From sequence record SRR31156797_4606: a stretch of 51,587 bases of DNA; one strand, given 5' to 3'. This document shows positions 31,304 through 39,324 of the stretch, in pieces. Position 1 is the first letter of the stretch; every line of letters starts with the position of its first letter. Made by a program: the position numbers and the translations under genes. Below the pieces are notes generated by a model. It did no database searches. It was not told where the DNA came from and saw nothing but the letters and a program-made list of their open reading frames with translations.

Positions 31304-31402
31304 ATGAAAAAAAAACTGGTTGTTCTCACCAAGGGAAAAAACGTTAAAAAAGTAGCAACCACTGGCGGTTGTTGTTCTGGTGTTCCATCAGGCTCAAAGT
31401 AA
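31304..31402 (+). CDS. 32-aa RiPP precursor peptide (geopeptide-like): MKKKLVVLTKGKNVKKVATTGGCCSGVPSGSK
   Basis: Below the ORF-track cutoff; translated by hand. GGAG RBS at 31294-31297, ATG 31304, TAA 31400-31402. Basic leader and a Cys-Cys core; directly upstream of a radical SAM/SPASM gene. An in-frame ATG also exists at 31292. Confidence 0.85.
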   Translation: MKKKLVVLTKGKNVKKVATTGGCCSGVPSGSK

Positions 31403-31420
31403 TCGAGCCAATAAATAATT

Positions 31421-31448
31421 GGAAGGAGAGCCTCTGCTCTCCTTTCTT
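31421..31448 (+). terminator. Stem-loop between precursor peptide and maturase
   Basis: AAGGAGAGC-ctct-GCTCTCCTT followed by TCTTATATATTT. Confidence 0.65.
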
Positions 31449-31465
31449 ATATATTTCTCTTCTAT

Positions 31466-32767
31466 ATGTATTTCTCCAACTATCTCATTTCATTTAAGTA
31501 TTCGTCAATTCACGACCACACAGTCCTTTTTTCGACTAAAACAGGTGCACTTATTCTACTGCCTGATGATGATTTTGGAGCACTTCAAAACGGTGCATTC
31601 AATAACGAATATACAGAAGATCTCACTGAGCTAGGATTTCTGGTGAAGAGTCAAGCAAAAGAGAAAGAAGAAGTACAAAGCTACATGGAGGACATCAATC
31701 ACCATAACCCAAATCTTACAGTTGCCCTTGTTTTGGGAATGGAATGTAACTTCCGCTGCTCCTACTGCTTCGAAGGTCAGCAAAAAGGCAAGAGGGGCAT
31801 GACCGATGAAACAGCCGACCAAGTCATTGACTTTATCAAAAATACGTTCAATGAAAACAAGAAAAAACTGGTCCTACAAATATATGGCGGTGAACCGCTG
31901 CTCTACACGAATCGTATAATTTATTTGGCAAAACAGTTAAAGCCATATGTAGAACAACGTAGAGCAGAGTTGGTTATTGACCTTATTACTAATGGCTCCC
32001 TCTTAACCCCTCAGGTTGTCGATGAATTAAATAAATGGGGTTTAGATGGGGTAAAAATCACCATTGATGGCCCTCCTGATAATCATAATGCATTTAGACC
32101 GTTTAAGTCCGGCGCCCCGACCTTTGACGTTATAATTAACAATATTAAAAACATCTGCACCAAAACCAAGGTCCGTTTAGGTGGAAATTACACAAACGAA
32201 ACATATCAGGACTTTGTAACAGTCCTTGATCATCTCAATGAAAAGGGCATCACTGCTGACAAAATTGAGCAAGTCCATTTTAATATCGTCATGCGGGTGA
32301 ATGATGCGATCACAAGCAATGAATATGCAGGGGGGTGCGCGACTATTAACGAGCCCTGGCTAAAAGAGGCATCCCTTCATGTCAGAAAAGAAGTCCTGAA
32401 ACGAGGGTATCCAATCGCAGACATATCTCCCGAGCCTTGTGCCGTTGAAATCAATGATGCCTATACCGTCCACTACGATGGAAGCCTTTATAAATGTGTC
32501 ACCTGGGTTGGACATGAACAGTATAAGATTGGGGATGTATGGAGCGGGGTAACAACAGCATTTGAAAAATCGCATCACATTTACCACTGGCAGCACACAG
32601 AAAAATGCAAGGAGTGTATTTATCTTCCCCTCTGCTTTGGTGGTTGCCGGTACATGGCGTATCAAAGAGATGGACATATGGGGAATGTCGACTGCAGAAA
32701 GCCCTATCTTGACGCGACCCTTAAAAGTTTATTAAAACAAGACCTCTGTTACAAATATGACCTGTAG
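31466..32767 (+). CDS. Radical SAM/SPASM peptide maturase (geopeptide maturase-like)
   Basis: CNFRCSYC (CxxxCxxC); YGGEPLL; ITNG; ITIDG; SPASM cysteines CAVE...GSLYKC...CKECIYLPLCFGGC...DC; about 80-aa N-terminal extension that could be an RRE. Confidence 0.92.
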   Translation: MYFSNYLISFKYSSIHDHTVLFSTKTGALILLPDDDFGALQNGAFNNEYTEDLTELGFLVKSQAKEKEEVQSYMEDINHHNPNLTVALVLGMECNFRCSYCFEGQQKGKRGMTDETADQVIDFIKNTFNENKKKLVLQIYGGEPLLYTNRIIYLAKQLKPYVEQRRAELVIDLITNGSLLTPQVVDELNKWGLDGVKITIDGPPDNHNAFRPFKSGAPTFDVIINNIKNICTKTKVRLGGNYTNETYQDFVTVLDHLNEKGITADKIEQVHFNIVMRVNDAITSNEYAGGCATINEPWLKEASLHVRKEVLKRGYPIADISPEPCAVEINDAYTVHYDGSLYKCVTWVGHEQYKIGDVWSGVTTAFEKSHHIYHWQHTEKCKECIYLPLCFGGCRYMAYQRDGHMGNVDCRKPYLDATLKSLLKQDLCYKYDL

Positions 32768-32819
32768 TAATTATGGTACGACCAAGTTGCTTGGTGTTAA
32801 CAAATATGACCTGCAGTAA
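32751..32819 (+). repeat. 20-bp direct repeat duplicating the 3' end of the radical SAM gene
   Basis: ACAAATATGACCTGTAGTAA (32751-32770) and ACAAATATGACCTGCAGTAA (32800-32819), with the palindrome ACCAAG-ttg-CTTGGT between them. Confidence 0.8.
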
Positions 32820-32820
32820 C

Positions 32821-33040
32821 TTAGACTTGACCTGAGAGTTCTCCAATTTATTAAAAAAGATGGTCGCGCTCTGATTCCATATCTTGGATAGTTACACCTT
32901 TCTTGCTGCCGAAAGCCTCTGGAAGCGCATCCAGAGCTTCTTTCTTCCAGCGGCTTACCTGCTGATGTGTACGCCACACTCCGAGGCGATCTCGTTATTC
33001 GTTTTTTGGTTCTTTATGGTCGCCAAGGCTACCTTGTTGC
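32821..33040 (-). pseudogene. Degraded IS3-family transposase OrfA fragment
   Basis: KVALATIKNQKTNNEIASECGVH, a frameshift, then QVSRWKKEALDALPEAF...ERDHLF**IGEL: an HTH_Tnp_1-like pattern with stops. Confidence 0.7.
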
Positions 33041-33253
33041 CCCCTTGATGAATTGCAATGCCTTCCAATCTGCGTATTCCTTCCAGTCCTACCTCTCCCC
33101 GGTTGGCCTTTATTTTAAGTTGATTTCCAGCCAGCAACTAACAAACAGGCTCTCGCTTAATCATACCAGCGAACCTCTTTATGTATAATCTCTGTCATTA
33201 TCTCCTCGTCAATTTTGAATAACATTCCAACAGGATACATTATATTATTTTAT

Positions 33254-33373
33254 GCAATATAGTATTGCACGATACAATATGCTGCAATACTGCATTGCAC
33301 AATACTGTATTGTAGGATATGGTCTCCCGCAATATAGTATGTGACAATACTATGTGGTGGAATACTATATCCT
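33254..33373. repeat. Tandem array of eight degenerate 15-bp palindrome-like units upstream of proV (candidate operator array)
   Basis: gcaatatagtattgc / acgatacaatatgct / gcaatactgcattgc / acaatactgtattgt / aggatatggtctccc / gcaatatagtatgtg / acaatactatgtggt / ggaatactatatcct. Exact 15-bp register; ATA invariant at positions 4-6. Confidence 0.75.
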
Positions 33374-33446
33374 CTAAACATATCTTAGTCCCATTCATAG
33401 ATTATTTATTTAATTTCAACTCTTACAATGTGAGCAACACTTCGCT

Positions 33447-34667
33447 ATGCCTGAAATAACGGTCAAAAATTTATATAAAATATTTGGTAACTCACCCAAC
33501 AAAGCTCTTACGTTGCTCAAGCAAGGGCAGAGCAAAGAAGAAATATACGAATCAACCGGATTAACCGTCGGAGTTCAAAACGCTAGCTTCGAAGTCGAAA
33601 AAGGTGAAATCTTTGTTGTGATGGGTTTGTCCGGATCAGGAAAATCAACCCTGGTTCGAACATTGAACAGATTAATCGAACCCAGCGCCGGAGAAGTTAT
33701 CATAGATGGAAAAGACATTCTAAAAATGGATAAACAGGAACTTGTCAAGTTCAGAAGAAGTAAGACAAGCATGGTTTTCCAATCCTTTGCACTTATGCCT
33801 CACTTGACAGTTCTCCAGAATGTAGCATTTGGACTTGAGCTAGATGGTATAGAAAAATCTGTACGCAATGAACGTGCCCTTGATGCGCTTAAACAGGTTG
33901 GACTTGAAGGCTGGGAAGGTGCCTACCCTTCTGAACTAAGTGGTGGAATGCAGCAACGAGTTGGCTTGGCTCGAGGCCTTGCCGTTGACCCCGACATCCT
34001 TCTCATGGACGAAGCCTTTTCGGCATTAGATCCACTCATCCGTACTGAAATGCAGGATGAGTTGCTCAAGCTCCAGGACCGGCAGGAACGGACAATCGTC
34101 TTTATATCACATGATCTTGACGAGGCTCTTCGCATCGGTGATCGAATTGCAATCATGGAAGGAGGAAGAGTTGTTCAGGTTGGCACCCCAGAAGAAATTT
34201 TACAGCATCCAGCAGATGATTATGTCCGTGCATTTTTCCGGGGTGTTGATCCTACAGGTGTTATTCTAGCTGGGGATATCGTTCGTCATAACCAGCCAAC
34301 GGTTATATGGCACACCCCTCAAGGCAGCCCTCGCGCAACGCTGGAGATGTTAAATAATCAGGACAGAGAATATGCTTATGTACTGGATTCTGAACACCGT
34401 TTTTACGGGGTTGTCTCAACCGACTCTCTGCGCTCACTTCTAGAAGCTCCCCCCACTGATGAAAAAAAGAGAATCGAAGATGCCTTTATTAAGGAAGCGC
34501 TGGTTGTAAAAGATAGTGAATGTCTTCAAGATATTCTCCCCCAGGTAGCCTCTCATACATGGCCAATTCCCGTGGTTGATGAAAATTCAGTCTACAAAGG
34601 GGTTGTATCTAAGAACAGGTTCCTTAAAACGCTTTATAGATCAGAACAAAATGACACCCTTATTTAA
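33447..34667 (+). CDS. proV: Glycine betaine/proline ABC transporter ATPase with CBS domains
   Basis: GLSGSGKST; LSGGMQQRVGLAR; DEAFSALDPLIRTEMQDEL; C-terminal CBS pair. Confidence 0.93.
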   Translation: MPEITVKNLYKIFGNSPNKALTLLKQGQSKEEIYESTGLTVGVQNASFEVEKGEIFVVMGLSGSGKSTLVRTLNRLIEPSAGEVIIDGKDILKMDKQELVKFRRSKTSMVFQSFALMPHLTVLQNVAFGLELDGIEKSVRNERALDALKQVGLEGWEGAYPSELSGGMQQRVGLARGLAVDPDILLMDEAFSALDPLIRTEMQDELLKLQDRQERTIVFISHDLDEALRIGDRIAIMEGGRVVQVGTPEEILQHPADDYVRAFFRGVDPTGVILAGDIVRHNQPTVIWHTPQGSPRATLEMLNNQDREYAYVLDSEHRFYGVVSTDSLRSLLEAPPTDEKKRIEDAFIKEALVVKDSECLQDILPQVASHTWPIPVVDENSVYKGVVSKNRFLKTLYRSEQNDTLI

Positions 34668-34696
34668 CACTTTTTTTTTCCACTCTCCTGGAGATC

Positions 34697-35539
34697 ATGA
34701 TGTTTACATTTGAAGAAAAGCTCATTCCACTGGACAATTGGATATCCTTATTCATTGATTGGCTGGTTGAAGGGTATCGATGGTTTTTCCAGGGCGTTAA
34801 ATGGCCTGTGGAAATTACGCTATCCGGTTTGGAAAATGGACTTCTAGCCATACCGCCACTTGTTGTTATAGGCGTAATGGCTCTTATTGCCTGGAAAACG
34901 TCTGGAATCAGGTTGTCTATTTTTACGGTAGCAGCCCTGGTATTTATTGGATTGCTAGGCTTTTGGGAGGACACCATGATAACACTTGCCATGGTTTTTT
35001 CCTCAGTAGTCTTTTGTATTATCGTCGGAATCCCTTTAGGAATATGCGCCGGAAGAAACGACAAGTTTGAATCCTTTATGCGACCAATGCTAGATGGAAT
35101 GCAGACTACACCCGCGTTCGTTTACCTTGTTCCCATTGTCATGCTTTTCTCCATAGGAAATGTAGCAGGGGTTCTGGCCACCATTGTTTTTTCCCTTCCC
35201 CCTATTGTTCGTTTGACCGCGCTAGGTATTAGACAGGTTCACCCGGAACTTGTTGAAGCGGCATTGGCTTTCGGTGCAACCGGTAATCAGGTCCTCTTAA
35301 AAGTGCAGATTCCATTGGCAATGCCTACAATTATGGCTGGGCTAAACCAAACCATAATGATGGCACTTTCCATGGTGGTAATTGCAGCCTTAATTGGGGC
35401 AGGTGGGCTTGGGGCGCCTGTTGTCCGTGGGTTAAACACCCTTGACATCGGACTGGCTACCATTGGTGGCCTTTCAATTGTATTGATAGCCATAATTTTA
35501 GATAGAATAACCCAGTCTCTGGGATCAAAAACAAATTAA
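34697..35539 (+). CDS. proW: Glycine betaine/proline ABC permease
   Basis: MQTTPAFVYLVP; RLTALGIRQV; AGLNQTIMMALSMVVIA. Confidence 0.93.
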   Translation: MMFTFEEKLIPLDNWISLFIDWLVEGYRWFFQGVKWPVEITLSGLENGLLAIPPLVVIGVMALIAWKTSGIRLSIFTVAALVFIGLLGFWEDTMITLAMVFSSVVFCIIVGIPLGICAGRNDKFESFMRPMLDGMQTTPAFVYLVPIVMLFSIGNVAGVLATIVFSLPPIVRLTALGIRQVHPELVEAALAFGATGNQVLLKVQIPLAMPTIMAGLNQTIMMALSMVVIAALIGAGGLGAPVVRGLNTLDIGLATIGGLSIVLIAIILDRITQSLGSKTN

Positions 35540-35555
35540 AAAAGGAGAACAAGAC

Positions 35556-36584
35556 ATGCTAAAAAAAGTATTATTGAGTGCGGTAATTGCGTCAATGACG
35601 TTTGTAGGTTCGTCATATGCAGAGAGCACACAACCCGGCAAAGGTATAACGTTGAGACCTGCCAGAGCAACATGGAACACAGGCTTTTTTCAAGAGGCAC
35701 TAGTGCGTCGGGGCATGGAAGAACTTGGTTACAAGGTTAAAAACGCCAAAGATCTTGCCAATCCAATATTTTACAAGTCTGTTGCCCTTGGTGATCTTGA
35801 TTACTGGACCAATGGTTGGTTTCCCATGCACGATGCCCAATTGCCAAAACAGTTCTATGATAAGGCTGAAAAAGTCGGCTATGTCGCAAAAGCTGGGGGT
35901 CTGCAAGGTTATCTCGTCTCCAAAAAACATGTTGACGAGTTTGGCATTAAATCTCTTGATGATTTTAAACGTGATGAGGTTAAAAAGGCATTCGATAAAA
36001 ACAATGATGGAAAAGCTGATCTTACAGCCTGCCCTCCTGGTTGGGGATGCGAGCAGGTTATTGCTCATCACATGAAGGTCTATGACCTTGATAAACACAT
36101 CAATCCCGTTAAAGCGTCTTATGAAGCTGGAATGGCAGCAACCCTTGCCGAATACAAGGACGGAGAACCTGCTTTTTTCTATACTTGGGCACCAAACTGG
36201 ACAATATTTAAACTGCAGCCTGGCAAAGATGTAATGTGGATTAATGTGCCCGAAACCATGCCTACTGAAGCGCAGATGGCTGGCAAAGACAGGATGGAAA
36301 TAAGTGGTATTGAAGGCGCTGTTTCTGATCCCGTAAAGCTCGGCTTTGTTGTTTCAGATATACAGATTGTTGCCAATACAAAATTTTTGGAAAAAAATCC
36401 AGCAGCTAAGAAATTTTTGGAAGTTTTCACCCTGCCCCTTAACGATATTAATGAACAAAATACGCGGATGAATGAAGGTGAAAAGAGCCAAAAAGATATT
36501 AACCGCCATGCGGATGAATGGATTGCTAAAAATCAAGAAAAATGGAATGGTTGGCTTGATGCAGCGAGAAATGCTGCAAAATAA
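35556..36584 (+). CDS. proX: Glycine betaine/proline ABC substrate-binding protein
   Basis: Signal peptide; KADLTACPPGWGCE; YTWAPNW. Confidence 0.92.
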   Translation: MLKKVLLSAVIASMTFVGSSYAESTQPGKGITLRPARATWNTGFFQEALVRRGMEELGYKVKNAKDLANPIFYKSVALGDLDYWTNGWFPMHDAQLPKQFYDKAEKVGYVAKAGGLQGYLVSKKHVDEFGIKSLDDFKRDEVKKAFDKNNDGKADLTACPPGWGCEQVIAHHMKVYDLDKHINPVKASYEAGMAATLAEYKDGEPAFFYTWAPNWTIFKLQPGKDVMWINVPETMPTEAQMAGKDRMEISGIEGAVSDPVKLGFVVSDIQIVANTKFLEKNPAAKKFLEVFTLPLNDINEQNTRMNEGEKSQKDINRHADEWIAKNQEKWNGWLDAARNAAK

Positions 36585-36603
36585 GTAGACCACAAGAAAA
36601 GAG

Positions 36604-36641
36604 AGAACCCTGAGGGCATTTTTTCTTTGCTCCAGGGTTCT
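36604..36641 (+). terminator. Probable terminator after proX
   Basis: AGAACCCTG...CAGGGTTCT inverted repeat followed by TATT. Confidence 0.55.
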
Positions 36642-36724
36642 TATTACATAGAGAATTCCTCACTAAATGTATAATATTACATTCGCTGTAGGGCAACATA
36701 GTTTATTTAATCTGAAAGGGGTCA

Positions 36725-37198
36725 ATGGATAAGCGCATAGAACAGGAAACTGCTATTACACAGCAACTCCGCAGAATATTCAAAGCCATTCAGGCGCACT
36801 CAAAAAGTATAGAAAAATCCTGTGGGCTGAGCAGTGTCAGACTTTGGATGCTTTTTGAAATCAGCTCTGCTGAAGGTATAAAAGTTTCAGAACTTGCAGC
36901 AATATTATCTATCCACAGATCTACATGTTCTAATATGCTGGATAAACTTGAAGACAAAAACCTCATTTATCGGAAGCGCAGCAAGTCCGATCAACGAGCA
37001 GTCCACCTCCACATCACAAAAGAAGGGGAGTCAGTCCTTGCAAAGGCTCCGTCACACCCTGAAGGAAAGTTGAGTGCCAGTTTAAATAAATTATCTCAGG
37101 ATCAATTGACGCACCTTGAGCAGAACCTTGGTGTCTTACTGGAAGCTATGCACTTTGATGATGAACAAGCCGGCCTCATGCCAATCCAAACAACCTGA
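36725..37198 (+). CDS. MarR-family transcriptional regulator (likely osmolyte-uptake regulator)
   Basis: wHTH VSELAAILSIHRSTCSNMLDKLEDKNLIYRKRSKSDQRAVHLHIT; directly downstream of proVWX. Confidence 0.88.
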   Translation: MDKRIEQETAITQQLRRIFKAIQAHSKSIEKSCGLSSVRLWMLFEISSAEGIKVSELAAILSIHRSTCSNMLDKLEDKNLIYRKRSKSDQRAVHLHITKEGESVLAKAPSHPEGKLSASLNKLSQDQLTHLEQNLGVLLEAMHFDDEQAGLMPIQTT

Positions 37199-37236
37199 CC
37201 TCTTTACCCACCAAAGATCAGTTCTGTGATGGATGC

Positions 37237-37509
37237 ATGATTATCGATCGAGATAACGTTGCTGTCAACACCATCCTTTCATATAAAAAATCTACCCATC
37301 TGATTATACTTGAAATCGGTTGCGGTGACGGCAGAACACCTGTGAATTGCACACAAGAAGTACATGCCTGGTTACGTGATTTTTATAGCCAGAAATATGC
37401 CCCTTACAGGGGTAAACAGTTTGATACACTTCTCGGTGTAAAAGATCTTGCAGCACCACTCCTCATTTCAGATACTCTTCTTCTCTCTCAACTTACTCTT
37501 TGGATGTAG
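37237..37509 (+). pseudogene. Probable internally deleted class I SAM methyltransferase remnant
   Basis: ILEIGCGDGRT motif I in an ORF of only 90 aa; the rest of the fold is missing. Confidence 0.45.
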
Positions 37510-37800
37510 AATCACCTAAAGAACAAGAAAAAATAATACATCCCCAAAAGCCCCCTTTCCCCTCTGTATCAATATGCGTGACACACTTACCCCACGACCA
37601 AGGAGTGCAGGGTAAAAAAAGTGCCCCATGCCTCGAAGATGGCTCTATCTACAGAAACGAAAAATATATTTTTCAAGATACCCTTACTATATCCTATCAA
37701 ATGGTTGTATTGTGGCTGCAAGATACCTGGAAAGAGTTTTTTGCTATTTCATGTAATTTCAACTATATAAAAATCTTGTGATTTCTGTTCCTCATTCCGC

Positions 37801-37925
37801 GTAACTGTTTAGCAGTGCTCCAGGTGCGTACCAGCAGGCAGGGTAACTATAGTAATGCTGTTTTGTCCTGCCGTATCAAACGCAGGGGGCAACACATACT
37901 CCGTGGGATACTGCTGAACCATTAA
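37801..37925. repeat. 125-bp element with imperfect terminal inverted repeats and an internal hairpin (MITE-like or structured RNA)
   Basis: Left end GTAACTGTTTAGCAGTGCTCCA versus reverse complement of the right end TTAATGGTTCAGCAGTATCCCA (15/22); internal GGCAGGGTAA...TTGTCCTGCC stem. Confidence 0.4.
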
Positions 37926-38002
37926 TAATGAGTATGGCTGCACTTTTACGAAAAATACCAAATTGAAACTCTTTTCTAAATTAACAAAATAGTGTCGAGA
38001 AC

Positions 38003-38767
38003 ATGGCGATTATAATCAAATCAAAAAAACAGATCGATGGGATAAAAATTAGCTCTAAGCTGGCTGCCTCTACCCTGGATTTCATTTCAAAATATGTTGA
38101 GGCAGGTGTCTCCACTGATTTTCTTGACAACTTAATCCATGAGTATATTTCTGACAATGGCGGTGTACCAGCACCGCTGGGCTATCACGGCTTTCCTAAA
38201 GCATCTTGTATTTCACTCAACAATGTGATTTGCCATGGAATCCCCTCTAAGAAAACCATTTTAAAAAATGGTGACATTCTCAATATTGATGTGACAACGA
38301 TAGTGGATGGATACTTTGGAGATACCAGCCGCATGTTCACCATCGGTGAGGTGTCAGGTGAAGCCCAAAAACTCATTCAAGTAACGAAAGAGTGCCTGGA
38401 TTTAGGCATAGAACAAGTACAACCAAAAAAACGATTTGGCAGCATAGGATTTGTCATTGGCAAACATGCCAAAGCAAATGGGTTTAGTGTGGTGTATCAG
38501 TTTTGTGGACATGGCGTGGGCTTACAATTTCATGAACCCCCCCAGGTTAGCCATATTGCACCTAAAAAGAGTGGTGCGAGAATGAAATCTGGTATGATCT
38601 TCACAATCGAGCCTATGATTAATATCGGTAAGGCAGAAGCGTCTATTGATGAGAAAGACGGGTGGACAGCCAGGACAGTGGACAATCAGCTTTCTGCTCA
38701 ATTTGAGCACACAGTACTAGTTACCGATTCAGGAGTTGAAATCTTAACCGAAAGCGATGCAGCGTAA
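38003..38767 (+). CDS. map: Type I methionine aminopeptidase
   Basis: CISLNNVICHGIP; NIDVT; GDTSRMF; CGHGVG..FHEPP; TIEPMIN; SAQFEHT. Confidence 0.96.
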   Translation: MAIIIKSKKQIDGIKISSKLAASTLDFISKYVEAGVSTDFLDNLIHEYISDNGGVPAPLGYHGFPKASCISLNNVICHGIPSKKTILKNGDILNIDVTTIVDGYFGDTSRMFTIGEVSGEAQKLIQVTKECLDLGIEQVQPKKRFGSIGFVIGKHAKANGFSVVYQFCGHGVGLQFHEPPQVSHIAPKKSGARMKSGMIFTIEPMINIGKAEASIDEKDGWTARTVDNQLSAQFEHTVLVTDSGVEILTESDAA

Positions 38768-39324
38768 GCTCGCCTTGAGAAAGGTGGTTTTTCTTTAATC
38801 TTCCGAAACCTACAGCTTACCTTGTTATGACCTTTTTTATCCTCGGAGATAAGTACTGAGTCCAATATTACTCCATCCCTACGGTAAAACTTTTCATACT
38901 CGAAGGCTGACGCTTACCTGGTTGGCATACCTGTCCATTAATGTAACCCAGGTTTCTCATGATAAATCCGGGTCCACCACCTTTCAAAAATTGATGAGCT
39001 TTTTACGAGTCCATCAATTTTGGCCCAAAATCTAACAATTCAAGATGTCGGTAGTACATGCGAGATACAGGAAGGGTACAACTGCCCCTGCATGCAAAAT
39101 GCTACCCAATATGATATCCTGACATTTCTTACATTTGGTGCGGAAAAACAAGGGGTACGCAGATACTCAATACAGCTACTTCCAGACTTTCTATCCTGCG
39201 AATACTGCATTATGTTGTGAGCAGCACCACCTTTTTTACCCTGTCGCTTGTTGCATCGTCCCGTGAAATAACCGATATCTCGGGACAACGCACATAAGAT
39301 ATAATACTGACTCAAGGGTGCCTT

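Noticed and set aside
31466-32767. Anaerobic sulfatase maturase (anSME) assignment
   Set aside because: No sulfatase is nearby; the N-terminal extension and adjacent Cys-Cys peptide fit a peptide maturase better.
33254-33373. Possible CRISPR array
   Set aside because: Units are 15 bp, abutting and degenerate, with no unique spacers and no cas genes in the window.
37500-39315. Short ORFs 37500..37781, 39020..39220 and 39040..39315
   Set aside because: No recognisable domain or convincing RBS; probably intergenic or decayed sequence.
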